From assembly GCA_018826075.1 (NCBI GenBank), contig JAHKAJ010000024.1, positions 4,343 to 68,342 on the forward strand: 64,000 nt of DNA, written 5' to 3'. Below are positions 17,210 through 28,066 of this stretch, piece after piece. Below the pieces are notes generated by a model, which had not been told where the DNA came from, ran no database searches, and saw nothing but the letters and a program-made list of their open reading frames with translations. The position numbers were made by a program, and so were the translations under genes. The stretch's first letter is position 1. Every line of letters begins with the position of its first letter. This DNA comes from Candidatus Omnitrophota bacterium. Lineage in GTDB: Bacteria; Omnitrophota; Gorgyraeia; Duberdicusellales; 4484-171.

Positions 17210-19885
17210 ATGGAAATTTTACCGCGCTATAACCCTAAACAGGTTGAACCCAAGATTCTGAAAAGCTGGCTGGAAAACGGTTTTTTCAAAGCTAAAATCA
17301 CGGCGAAAGCTAAGCCTTTCTCGATTGTTATTCCGCCGCCTAATGTTACTGGAATTCTTCATATGGGCCATGCCTTAAACAACACTATTCAGGATGTTTT
17401 GATCCGTTATCAGCGCCTGAAAGGCTCAAGCGTTCTTTGGATGCCGGGAACTGACCATGCCGGGATAGCCACCCAGAACGTGGTTGAAAAAAAATTGGCT
17501 AAACAGGGTAAAAACCGCAAAAGCCTCGGCCGCGATAATTTTTTAGAGGAAGTCTGGAAGTGGCGTGATGAATATGGCACGACCATAATCAGTCAATTAG
17601 AAAAACTGGGAGCGTCTTGTGACTGGGAGCGCCTGCGCTTTACTATGGATGAGGCTTATTCCCAGGCGGTAACCCGGGTTTTTGTTCAGCTTTGGCGAAA
17701 GAAATTGATCTATCAGGGTAATTATATTATAAATTGGTGCCCGCGTTGTCAGACTGCCCTTTCAGACGAAGAGGCCCCCCGTCAGGAGAAAGAGGGGTTT
17801 CTTTATTATATAAAATACCGGCTTAAAAATTCCGATCAATTTATAACTGTGGCTACCACCCGGCCGGAGACCATGCTAGGAGATGTGGCTGTGGCAGTTA
17901 ACCCCCAGGATCTGCGTTATCAGTCTTTTTGGGGTAAGACTTTAATCTTGCCGTTAGTCGAACGGGAAGTCCCGCTAATAAAAGACAAGTTGGTTGATTC
18001 TCAATTCGGTACTGGAGCGGTTAAGGTGACTCCGGCCCATGACCTGGCTGACTTCCAGATGGCTAGCCGCTGTAAAGAACTGACTCCGGTATTAGTGATG
18101 AATCCTGATGCCACTATGAATGAAAATGCCGGTGTTTATCAGGGGATGGATCGGTTCCAGGCCAGGGAAGCGATTGTTGAAAGCTTAAAAAAACTGGATT
18201 TACTTGAAAAAATCGAACCACATTCTTTGGCCGTTGGCCACTGCTACCGCTGCAATACCATAATTGAACCCTATCTGTCCCGGCAGTGGTTTGTCCGGAT
18301 GAAACCTTTAGCTAAGCCGGCGATCAAGGCTGTAAAAAAAGGCGATATTAAGTTTTACCCCCAAAGGTGGACTAAAGTCTATCTTAATTGGATGGAAAAT
18401 ATTCGCGATTGGTGTATATCTCGGCAAATCTGGTGGGGCCACCGGATCCCGGTCTATTATTGCCGGGATTGCCGCAAGGAAGTCATCGCTTCAGAAACCA
18501 AGCCGGAAAAATGCCGTTTTTGCAAATCCACTAATTTAGAGCAGGATCAGGATGTTTTGGATACCTGGTTTTCTTCCTGGCTTTGGCCGTTTGCTACTTT
18601 TGGCTGGCCATTTGAAAGTTCACCAGTTGCCAGTTGCCAGTTGCCAGTAGATATAAAGAAGAAGAAAAAGGAGTTTGAATATTTCTATCCGACTTCGGTC
18701 CTGGTTACTGCGCCGGAGATAATTTTTTTCTGGGTAGCTCGGATGATTATGGCTGGATTTGAATTTACCGGCAAACTTCCCTTTAAGGATATCTATATCC
18801 ACGGGACAGTCCGGGACAAGACTGGTAAAAAAATGTCTAAGTCCCTGGGCAATACCATAGATCCCTTGGAAGTGATTGAAGATTTCGGAGCTGATGCTTT
18901 ACGGTTTTCTATAATTCTTTGTGCGGCAAGCGGTTCTGACGTGTATCTTTCTAATGAGCGATTTCTGGTCGGCAGAAATTTTTCCAATAAGATTTGGAAT
19001 GCTGCCCGGTTTATCCTGCTTAAAATCGAAAGCCTGGGGATTGAGATAGCTGATTTTGATTTTACCCAATTAGCCGATTCTGAAAAGTGGATAATCGCCG
19101 AGCTCAACCAGACGGTGGCCGCGGTTTCAGCTCATCTCGATTCGTTCCGCCTCAATGAAGCGGCTAAAGAAGTCTATGATTTTTTCTGGCATGATTTTTG
19201 TGACTGGTATATTGAGATCATTAAAGATGATTTTTCAGGCACCCAGGCCAAAGTCTCTCTATATATACTGCAGGAGTCCCTAAAACTGTTGCATCCGTTT
19301 ATGCCGTTTATCAGTGAGGAGATCTTTGGATTGATTAAGAAAAATACTGCTTTGACTTTGCCACCGGCCCTGGTGGTTTCTGCCTGGCCGCAGTGCCGCA
19401 AAAAAATCGAGCCCCGGGAAATCGAAACCTTTAAAGCCTTGATAAAAACGGTAGCCGAAATCAGGAACATAAAAGCTATTCTTGGTCTAAGCAGCCGCCG
19501 CCTGGATTTAGCCATACGGACCGATAGTGATCACCTTCAATTTTTAGAAGCCAATAAGATTTGGTTGCGGCGTTTAACCCTCGCTGATGAGGTAAAGTTT
19601 AAGGATAAAAACCAGGGAGAGGATTTAACCCGGGTCCTTTATGATAATGGTTTATGGCAGATTGACCTTGATGCCGGAAATATTAGTCCTGAAAGTTTTG
19701 TTGCTGTTTTAGACAAAAAGATTCAAGCTAAAGAAGCAGTCGCCGGCAAAATCAAAGCCCGCTTGGCCAGCCAGCAATTTCGCAAAAATGCCGGGTCAGA
19801 AAAAATCGCCGAGGAAGAATTTAGATTAAAGGATTTGCAGGCGGAACTGGACCGCTTAGAGGGTTTGAAAGATGCATATCAATAA
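17210..19885 (+). CDS. valS: Valine--tRNA ligase
   Basis: PPPNVTGILHMGH, GTDHAGIATQ, DWCISRQIWWGHRIP, KMSKS. Confidence 0.98.
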   Translation: MEILPRYNPKQVEPKILKSWLENGFFKAKITAKAKPFSIVIPPPNVTGILHMGHALNNTIQDVLIRYQRLKGSSVLWMPGTDHAGIATQNVVEKKLAKQGKNRKSLGRDNFLEEVWKWRDEYGTTIISQLEKLGASCDWERLRFTMDEAYSQAVTRVFVQLWRKKLIYQGNYIINWCPRCQTALSDEEAPRQEKEGFLYYIKYRLKNSDQFITVATTRPETMLGDVAVAVNPQDLRYQSFWGKTLILPLVEREVPLIKDKLVDSQFGTGAVKVTPAHDLADFQMASRCKELTPVLVMNPDATMNENAGVYQGMDRFQAREAIVESLKKLDLLEKIEPHSLAVGHCYRCNTIIEPYLSRQWFVRMKPLAKPAIKAVKKGDIKFYPQRWTKVYLNWMENIRDWCISRQIWWGHRIPVYYCRDCRKEVIASETKPEKCRFCKSTNLEQDQDVLDTWFSSWLWPFATFGWPFESSPVASCQLPVDIKKKKKEFEYFYPTSVLVTAPEIIFFWVARMIMAGFEFTGKLPFKDIYIHGTVRDKTGKKMSKSLGNTIDPLEVIEDFGADALRFSIILCAASGSDVYLSNERFLVGRNFSNKIWNAARFILLKIESLGIEIADFDFTQLADSEKWIIAELNQTVAAVSAHLDSFRLNEAAKEVYDFFWHDFCDWYIEIIKDDFSGTQAKVSLYILQESLKLLHPFMPFISEEIFGLIKKNTALTLPPALVVSAWPQCRKKIEPREIETFKALIKTVAEIRNIKAILGLSSRRLDLAIRTDSDHLQFLEANKIWLRRLTLADEVKFKDKNQGEDLTRVLYDNGLWQIDLDAGNISPESFVAVLDKKIQAKEAVAGKIKARLASQQFRKNAGSEKIAEEEFRLKDLQAELDRLEGLKDAYQ
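18616..18650 (+). repeat. Heptamer tandem repeat (CCAGTTG)3-CCAGTAG inside valS
   Basis: CCAGTTG at 18623, 18630 and 18637, CCAGTAG at 18644, preceded by degenerate AAGTTCA. Confidence 0.9.
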
Positions 19886-20762
19886 AGCGATTAAAAAGTT
19901 TATTAGTTTAGCGTTAGCCGAGGATTCAGCCAGCCGGGATGTCACTACTGGTTTGTTGATTTCTGAAGGTATCCGGGCTAGAGCTAAGATTATTGCTAAA
20001 GAACCCGGAGTTCTTTGTGGGTTGGATATTGCTAAAACGGTTTTTAAACAGTTAGATAAAAGAGTCGTTTTCCGAGTTTTAAAAAAAGAGGGGGCGGTTT
20101 TAACAAGGTTTGAGGAGGTGGCTTTGATTCGGGGGCCGGCCAGAGCTATTTTACAGGCCGAGAGAATAGCTTTAAATTTCTTATCGTTTTTGTCGGCTAC
20201 CGCTACTCTTACTGCTAAATTCATCGAACAGGTAAAAGGTATCGATGTAAAAATCATGGATACCCGAAAAACCATACCCAATTTACGCTGTTTTCAGAAA
20301 TATGCAGTTTCAGTCGGCGGCGGAATAAACCACCGCAGTTCCTTATCGGAAGCGGTCTTGATCAAGGACAATCATCTCAAAGCCGGCTGTTTCTTTAATA
20401 AAAAAAGGCTTGATTCCAAAAAGTTAGCTGCCTTATTCGGCAGTTCAGCGGTCAGAACCTTAGCTAAGGCTGAAGTCGAAGTTGAGAATTTAGACGAATT
20501 TAAACAGGTGATTAAGCTTAACCCTGGGATAATTATGCTGGATAATTTTTCTCTGGTTTCTTTGAAAAAAGCAGTCCGGCTGCGTAATGAATACTGTTTA
20601 AGAACGCCGAGTTTAAAACAACGTATCCTTCTGGAAGCTTCCGGGGGGATAGCTCTAAAAAATATAAGGGCAGTTGCCCTTACCGGCGTTGACCGCATAT
20701 CAATCGGGTTAATAACTCACTCTCCGAAAGCCATTGATTTTTCTTTAGAGATAAGAAGATGA
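19872..20762 (+). CDS. nadC: Nicotinate-nucleotide pyrophosphorylase (quinolinate phosphoribosyltransferase)
   Basis: DTRKT, NHR, LIKDNH, EVEVE, IMLDNF, EASGGI. Confidence 0.95.
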   Translation: MHINKAIKKFISLALAEDSASRDVTTGLLISEGIRARAKIIAKEPGVLCGLDIAKTVFKQLDKRVVFRVLKKEGAVLTRFEEVALIRGPARAILQAERIALNFLSFLSATATLTAKFIEQVKGIDVKIMDTRKTIPNLRCFQKYAVSVGGGINHRSSLSEAVLIKDNHLKAGCFFNKKRLDSKKLAALFGSSAVRTLAKAEVEVENLDEFKQVIKLNPGIIMLDNFSLVSLKKAVRLRNEYCLRTPSLKQRILLEASGGIALKNIRAVALTGVDRISIGLITHSPKAIDFSLEIRR

Positions 20763-20773
20763 TTCGTGTTTAT

Positions 20774-20802
20774 GTAGGGGCGACCCGCCGGGTCGCCCCT
20801 AC
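20774..20802. repeat. GTAG-type REP-like palindrome, copy 1
   Basis: GTAGGGGCGACCC-GCC-GGGTCGCCCCTAC, a perfect 13-bp stem. Confidence 0.9.
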
Positions 20803-20826
20803 GGTGATTATCAACAAACAAGAGAT

Positions 20827-22797
20827 ATGAATTTTAGGTTGGTTAGCAAATTCAAACCAACCGGAGACCAGCCCCGGGCGATCAAAGCTATTGTTCAGCG
20901 CCTTAAGGAACAAAAGCCTTACACCACGCTTTTGGGGGTAACTGGTTCAGGTAAAACCTTTACTTTGGCCGCGGCAATCGAAAAGCTTGACCGGCCGGTC
21001 TTAGTTATTTCGCATAATAAGACTTTAGCCAGCCAGCTTTACGCCGAGTTCAGGGATTTTTTTCCGCAAAATTCGGTAGAATATTTTGTCAGTTATTACG
21101 ACTATTATCAGCCGGAAAGCTACATTCCTCAAACCGATACTTATATTGAGAAAGATGCTTCGATTAATGAACGCCTTGACCGCTTGAGGCTTTCGGCTAC
21201 CAGTTCCCTGGTCAGCCGCCGGGATGTATTAGTGGTGGCCTCGGTTTCCTGTATTTATAACCTCGGTTCGCCTGAGGATTACCAGAAGCTGACCTTAAAC
21301 CTTTCAGCCGGCCGGCCGCTTAAAACTGAAGAAGTCATCGCCGGTTTAGTCAGCCTGCAATATGAACGTAATGATTACGATTTTAAACCGGGAACTTTCC
21401 GTCTGAAGGGAGACAATCTAGATATTTTTCCTGCTTATCGCCAGCTGCCGTTGCGGTTTGAATTTTTTACTGACTGCCTTGAAAAGATCTATGAGTTTGA
21501 ATCATTGAGCGGTAAGAAAATTGCAAAGCTCGATAAAGTCAGCATCTATCCGGCAAAACATTTTATTATCGAAAAGGAACGGATCGAGTCAGCTTCCCAG
21601 GTGATAACCCGGGAGCTAAATCAGCACCTCGATTTTTTAAAAACCGAAGGTAAACTGCTTGAAGCCCAGCGTCTTAGGCAGCGTACCCTTTTTGATTTGG
21701 AGATGCTTAAAGAATGCGGATACTGTCATGGGATCGAAAACTATTCACGGCATTTATCCGGCCGTCCGTCCGGATCGCGGCCGTTTTGCCTGATCGATTA
21801 TTTTCCCGAAGATTTTATTACCCTGATTGATGAAAGCCACGTTACTGTACCTCAACTGCGCGGGATGTATGAAGGTGACCGTTCACGTAAACAGACTTTA
21901 GTCGATTATGGTTTTCGTCTGCCGTCTTGCTTGGATAACCGGCCTTTGCGGTTTGATGAGTTCCGGAAATTGACTAAACAGACGGTTTATGTTTCGGCAA
22001 CCCCGGCTGAGTTTGAAACCAACCTTTGCGGCGGCCAGATCGTGGAGCAGATAATCAGGCCGACTGGTTTGCCGGATCCGCAAATCCAGGTCCGGCCGAG
22101 TGAAAACCAGATCAGTGATTTGATCCAGGAGATCAAAAAACGGACTAAGAATAAAGAACGGACTTTAGTCACTACCTTGACTAAGCGGATGGCCGAAGAC
22201 CTGGCTGGATATTTATTTGAGGCCGGCCTGAAGGCTTCCTATATTCATTCAGAAATCGACACTTTGAAGCGTTCGCAGATCCTTAAAGACCTGCGTTTGA
22301 AAAAAATCGACATTTTAGTGGGAATAAATCTGTTACGTGAAGGTTTGGATTTACCCGAGGTATCCTTGGTAGCGATTCTTGATGCCGATAAAGAAGGGTT
22401 TTTGCGTTCAGCCAGCTCGTTGATTCAGGTGGCTGGCCGTTGTGCCCGCAATATAAACGGAAAAGTCATCATGTATGCCGATACCATTACTAAATCGATG
22501 CAGAAAGCGATCTCTGAAAGTAACCGGCGGCGCAAAACCCAGATTAGCTATAATGCCCGTCATAAAATCACACCGCGCAGTATCGTGAAGGCGATCGGCG
22601 AAGGTATCGAGGTCCATTTAAAAGAGGACTCTAAACTAAGCCGTTTTTTAGACATTTCCCCGGAGGAAAACGAACTTCTCGATATTATCAGCCAACTCCA
22701 GAAAGAGATGGATTTGGCGGCCAAGAGCTTGCATTTTGAGAAAGCCGCCGAACTCCGCGACAAAATAGCGGATTTACACAAAGCCTTGAAAAAGTGA
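20827..22797 (+). CDS. uvrB: Excinuclease ABC subunit B
   Basis: GDQP, GVTGSGKT, YYDYYQPE, DESH, INLLREGLDLPEV, C-terminal FEKAAELRD. Confidence 0.98.
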   Translation: MNFRLVSKFKPTGDQPRAIKAIVQRLKEQKPYTTLLGVTGSGKTFTLAAAIEKLDRPVLVISHNKTLASQLYAEFRDFFPQNSVEYFVSYYDYYQPESYIPQTDTYIEKDASINERLDRLRLSATSSLVSRRDVLVVASVSCIYNLGSPEDYQKLTLNLSAGRPLKTEEVIAGLVSLQYERNDYDFKPGTFRLKGDNLDIFPAYRQLPLRFEFFTDCLEKIYEFESLSGKKIAKLDKVSIYPAKHFIIEKERIESASQVITRELNQHLDFLKTEGKLLEAQRLRQRTLFDLEMLKECGYCHGIENYSRHLSGRPSGSRPFCLIDYFPEDFITLIDESHVTVPQLRGMYEGDRSRKQTLVDYGFRLPSCLDNRPLRFDEFRKLTKQTVYVSATPAEFETNLCGGQIVEQIIRPTGLPDPQIQVRPSENQISDLIQEIKKRTKNKERTLVTTLTKRMAEDLAGYLFEAGLKASYIHSEIDTLKRSQILKDLRLKKIDILVGINLLREGLDLPEVSLVAILDADKEGFLRSASSLIQVAGRCARNINGKVIMYADTITKSMQKAISESNRRRKTQISYNARHKITPRSIVKAIGEGIEVHLKEDSKLSRFLDISPEENELLDIISQLQKEMDLAAKSLHFEKAAELRDKIADLHKALKK

Positions 22798-22810
22798 TAT
22801 AATTATCGTT

Positions 22811-23563
22811 ATGATTGCTGTAGACATTGGAAATACTTATCTGCATTTTTTCGGGTTTAAAAACGGCGAGATTTTTAAGAGCTTAAGAATTCCAACTTTA
22901 GGGGTTACCAAAAATAAGATCAAAGAAACTTTGGCAAAGTTTCTTTCGGGGCCGGTGATCGTCTGTTCGGTTGTGCCGGGAATAAACCATTTGTTTCGGG
23001 GATTAAAGCTAAAAGTTTATTTCGTTGGTTCCCAGATCCGAGTCCCGATAATCTGCCAGTACAAAAAAACAGAAGTTGGCAGTGACCGGTTGGTTGCGGC
23101 CTTTGCCGCCCGAACCCTATTTAGCCAAACCCGGATAGTTATTGATTTTGGCACTGCCATAACTTTTGATTTTTTATCCAAGAATGGGCATTACCAGGGT
23201 GGTATTATTTTGCCGGGTATTGGCTCGACGCTTTCAGTATTTTCCAGTTGTGCTTTGCTGCCCAATCATATAAAATTAAAAAAAACCAATCGGATGATTC
23301 CTCGCAATACCCAGGAAAGCATCAGTAAGGGTTTGACCGAAGGGTTTCCGGCAATGATTAATACTTTAGTTAAAAAGTATATCAAGCTTTTAAAAATTTC
23401 CGCTGAACCAACAGTAGTCCTTACCGGCGGAGAAGCTTTTGGGATCAAATCAGCTTTAAATTTCCGTTACTATTACGAACCTTATTTGGTAGCCAAAGGC
23501 CTTTATTTTTTGGCAGCTAAATATGGCTTTACCGAACAGCCGCCGACAACCCCGAAAAATTAA
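22811..23563 (+). CDS. coaX: Type III pantothenate kinase
   Basis: VDIGNT, VGSDR, IDFGTAITFD, GGIILPG, LTGG. Confidence 0.93.
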   Translation: MIAVDIGNTYLHFFGFKNGEIFKSLRIPTLGVTKNKIKETLAKFLSGPVIVCSVVPGINHLFRGLKLKVYFVGSQIRVPIICQYKKTEVGSDRLVAAFAARTLFSQTRIVIDFGTAITFDFLSKNGHYQGGIILPGIGSTLSVFSSCALLPNHIKLKKTNRMIPRNTQESISKGLTEGFPAMINTLVKKYIKLLKISAEPTVVLTGGEAFGIKSALNFRYYYEPYLVAKGLYFLAAKYGFTEQPPTTPKN

Positions 23564-23572
23564 AAAATTTCC

Positions 23573-23629
23573 TTGACAAGTTTTTAGGCTTGAGTAAAAT
23601 AGTTAGCAATCTCAGGTCGAGAGTGCTAA
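23573..23629 (+). promoter_or_regulatory. Sigma70 promoter plus CIRCE (HrcA operator) of groESL
   Basis: TTGACA (23573-23578), 16-nt spacer, TAAAAT (23595-23600); TTAGCAATC-N9-GAGTGCTAA at 23603-23629, one mismatch to the CIRCE consensus. Confidence 0.92.
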
Positions 23630-23646
23630 ACTAAGGAGGTGTTTGT

Positions 23647-23934
23647 ATGAAGTTTAAACCATTAGCTGACCGGATTCTCGTTAAGCCGCTTGAGGCCAAA
23701 GAGCAGACTAAAGGAGGGATAGTCCTTCCGGATACTGCCAAAGAAAAGCCCCAGGAAGGCGAAATCATTGCTGTGGGATCCGGTAAAAAAACCGATGACG
23801 GCAAAGTGATCGCGGTATCACTGAAGGCCGGTGACAAGGTCCTTTACGGAAAATATTCCGGGACTGAAATCACCTTGGACGGTGAAGAGTATTTGATCAT
23901 TCGGGAAGAAGATGTTTTAGGAATAGTGGGATAA
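23647..23934 (+). CDS. groS: Co-chaperonin GroES
   Basis: [35 protein letters not shown]. Confidence 0.98.
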   Translation: MKFKPLADRILVKPLEAKEQTKGGIVLPDTAKEKPQEGEIIAVGSGKKTDDGKVIAVSLKAGDKVLYGKYSGTEITLDGEEYLIIREEDVLGIVG

Positions 23935-23944
23935 GGAGGCGTAA

Positions 23945-25588
<1,644 letters not shown>

Positions 25589-25610
25589 TCGCTTGATTTG
25601 ATTTTTAATT

Positions 25611-25650
25611 AAGGGACACATCCTTAAAGGGTGTGTCCCTTTTATTTTTT
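25611..25650 (+). terminator. Terminator hairpin after groEL (GGGACAC...GTGTCCC element)
   Basis: AAGGGACACATCC-TTAAA-GGGTGTGTCCCTT followed by a T-tract. Confidence 0.8.
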
Positions 25651-25708
25651 ATGGATTTTTGTTTCAAACAGTGCTATAATAAATAAAAGTTTTTATACTT
25701 TGATTTTT

Positions 25709-27058
25709 ATGAATGAAACGCCTTTTTATCTGACTACTCTCGGTGCCGATAACCTGGAATTAGGTTTATTTCGCTATTCGCTTTTGCCCGAGGAAGGGTT
25801 TATCGCTTCTAATACTTCTTTATTTCGTCTGCTCGGCTATACCAACAAGGGGAATTTTCTCCAGAAAAAGTTAGCTGAACTCTTTTTTAACCCCCAGGAT
25901 AGCGATATTTTTTTTGAGCTCCTGCGTCGGAACCAAAAGGTCAAATTTTTCGAAGTTGCTTTTAAGAAAAAAGACGCTTCGCCGATCTGGATAGCCATCA
26001 CCGCTTCGCTTATTTTTTCCAGCGACCAGCGCCAGTGTTTAGAAGGGGTGGTCCAGGATATTTCTTATCAAAAACAGATGCAGAATAAGCTTTTAATGGA
26101 GAAAGATTTCTTGCAGGCCCTTTTTGACAATATCCCTGACGCGGTTTATTTTAAGGACCGTAACAACCGGATAATCAAAGTCAATAAATTTTACGTTAAA
26201 GGTACCGGCCTTGACGAAAAAAATATCGTCGGAAAGACTGATTTCCATTTTTTCCCTTACCAGCAAGCCAAAGAGATGTTTGAAGATGATAATCATGTTC
26301 TAAACACTGGAAAACCGATAGTCGGCAAGATCGAAAAAACCCAGTTGCCTGACGGCAGCTGGAACCAGGTCATTACTACTAAAATCCCGATGCATGATCG
26401 TGACGGAAAAATTATCGGCTCGATCGGTACTACCCGGGACATGACTGCCCATGCTAACCTGGAAGAAAAACGCCTGTTTATGGCCATAAATGCTTTAGAG
26501 GTTTTGGGTAAGGCCCTTGAGATGCGCGATCCTTACACTTTCAGCCATACCCGCCATGTAGCTAAAATCGCCGCAACCATTGCTAAAGCTTTAGGTTGGG
26601 ATGAAAACCGCCTTCTGGCTATGCAGTTAGCCGGCGAGCTTCATGATTTGGGAAAAATCAGTATCCCCTTGGATATTCTAAACAAGCCTGGAGATCTAAG
26701 TAATTTAGAATATGGTTTGATCAAGGAACATACTACTAATTGTTACAATTTGATCAAAGATATTGAATTTCCTTTTCCTCTGGCCGAAATCATCTACCAG
26801 CATCATGAGCGGCTTGACGGTTCTGGTTATCCTCGTAAGCTTTCCGGAAAAAAGATCCTGCCTGAAGCCCGCATCCTGGCGGTTAGCGATGTTTTAGAGG
26901 CCATGACTCATCACCGGCCATACCGGGCAGCTTTAGGCTTAAAAGCTGCCTGTAATGAGTTATCAACTAACAAAGGCACTAAGTACGATCCGGTTATTGT
27001 AGAGGTGCTGTTGAGCTTAGTCAAAAACAGCGGCGACAAAGAGTTTTGGCTAAACTAA
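25709..27058 (+). CDS. PAS-PAS-HD-GYP protein (putative cyclic dinucleotide phosphodiesterase)
   Basis: FDNIPDAVYFKD PAS; RDPYT..H, HDLGK, HHERLDGSGYP, SDVLEAM...RPYR. ATG 25709 preferred, downstream of TGCTATAAT. Confidence 0.9.
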   Translation: MNETPFYLTTLGADNLELGLFRYSLLPEEGFIASNTSLFRLLGYTNKGNFLQKKLAELFFNPQDSDIFFELLRRNQKVKFFEVAFKKKDASPIWIAITASLIFSSDQRQCLEGVVQDISYQKQMQNKLLMEKDFLQALFDNIPDAVYFKDRNNRIIKVNKFYVKGTGLDEKNIVGKTDFHFFPYQQAKEMFEDDNHVLNTGKPIVGKIEKTQLPDGSWNQVITTKIPMHDRDGKIIGSIGTTRDMTAHANLEEKRLFMAINALEVLGKALEMRDPYTFSHTRHVAKIAATIAKALGWDENRLLAMQLAGELHDLGKISIPLDILNKPGDLSNLEYGLIKEHTTNCYNLIKDIEFPFPLAEIIYQHHERLDGSGYPRKLSGKKILPEARILAVSDVLEAMTHHRPYRAALGLKAACNELSTNKGTKYDPVIVEVLLSLVKNSGDKEFWLN

Positions 27059-27220
27059 TTCGGGACACATCCCATTTAAATAGGTTATGGTTTTATTGCG
27101 TCATTTATACTCGATTAGCTTTTTGTGTTTTTTATTTATCGGTATTTGGGGTTTTTAAAATAGTCCTAATTGGTTAAACAAAACATGCAGTTTTTAAATG
27201 GGATGTGTCCCGAATTAGTT
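27053..27220. mobile_element. MITE-like element, 168 bp, with perfect 28-bp terminal inverted repeats
   Basis: AACTAATTCGGGACACATCCCATTTAAA (27053-27080) and its exact reverse complement (27193-27220) around a 112-bp AT-rich non-coding core. Confidence 0.65.
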
Positions 27221-27257
27221 CTTGCTATTCTTTTATTTTGTGATATAACCAAACCTT

Positions 27258-27794
27258 ATGAAAGAAGCCAAAATTTTTGCTCGAGCCGGGCAGGGGGCGA
27301 TTACTACTGCAGCGATCCTCGGTGAAGCCCTGTTTTATGAAAATAAATACGCTTATGCTTTTCCGCATTTCGGAGCCGCGCGTATGGGGGCGCCGATGAA
27401 TGCTTTTTTACGCTTTGATTCCAAACCGATTCGTTTACGTTCTCAAGTATATAACCCAGACTATGTTATAGTGGTAGATCCGACTTTAATCAAAAGCCAA
27501 AATTGTTTCACCAATTTAAAAACCGGCGCAAAAGCGGTGGTGGCGGTGCGTGAAGCAACAGTTATTCCTAAAGTTGCCGGCGTCGATATCTATTCCTTAG
27601 AGGCAGAAAAAATTGCCATGGAGCTTATCGGCCGGCCGTTTGCTAATACTGTGTTGATTGGAGCTTTCGCCAAAATGAGCGGCGAGTTAAGCCTGGATTC
27701 AATATTTAAAGCGGTAACCAATGCCTTTGCTGAAAAGCCGGAGGTTTTGGAGAAGAACCTGGCGGCAGTAAAAAAGGGGTACGAAAGTGTTTAG
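27258..27794 (+). CDS. porC: Pyruvate/2-oxoacid:ferredoxin oxidoreductase gamma subunit
   Basis: RAGQGAITTA, FPHFGAARMGAP, PDYVIVVDPTL, NTVLIGA. Confidence 0.9.
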   Translation: MKEAKIFARAGQGAITTAAILGEALFYENKYAYAFPHFGAARMGAPMNAFLRFDSKPIRLRSQVYNPDYVIVVDPTLIKSQNCFTNLKTGAKAVVAVREATVIPKVAGVDIYSLEAEKIAMELIGRPFANTVLIGAFAKMSGELSLDSIFKAVTNAFAEKPEVLEKNLAAVKKGYESV

Positions 27795-28041
27795 TGTTTT
27801 AGCCAGTCGCGCGAAGACTTCTAAAGCAAATTTGACCGGTTCCTGGCGTTCAACCCAGAAACCGAAGTTTTTAAAAAAAGATTGTATTAATTGCGGATTA
27901 TGTAAATTCGTCTGTCCGGAAGGTTGCATTGAGGGTATCGAGAAGAATGCTTACGATACCGACCTTGACTATTGCAAAGGTTGCGGTCTTTGCGCCTACA
28001 TTTGTCCGAAGAAAGATATTGAGATGGTCTCTAATGATTAA
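27787..28041 (+). CDS. porD: 2-oxoacid:ferredoxin oxidoreductase delta subunit (2x[4Fe-4S])
   Basis: TGSWR..KP, CINCGLC..CP, DYCKGCGLC..CP. Confidence 0.9.
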   Translation: MFSVLASRAKTSKANLTGSWRSTQKPKFLKKDCINCGLCKFVCPEGCIEGIEKNAYDTDLDYCKGCGLCAYICPKKDIEMVSND

Positions 28042-28066
28042 ATTTCGATCAGGAGGATTAATCTAA

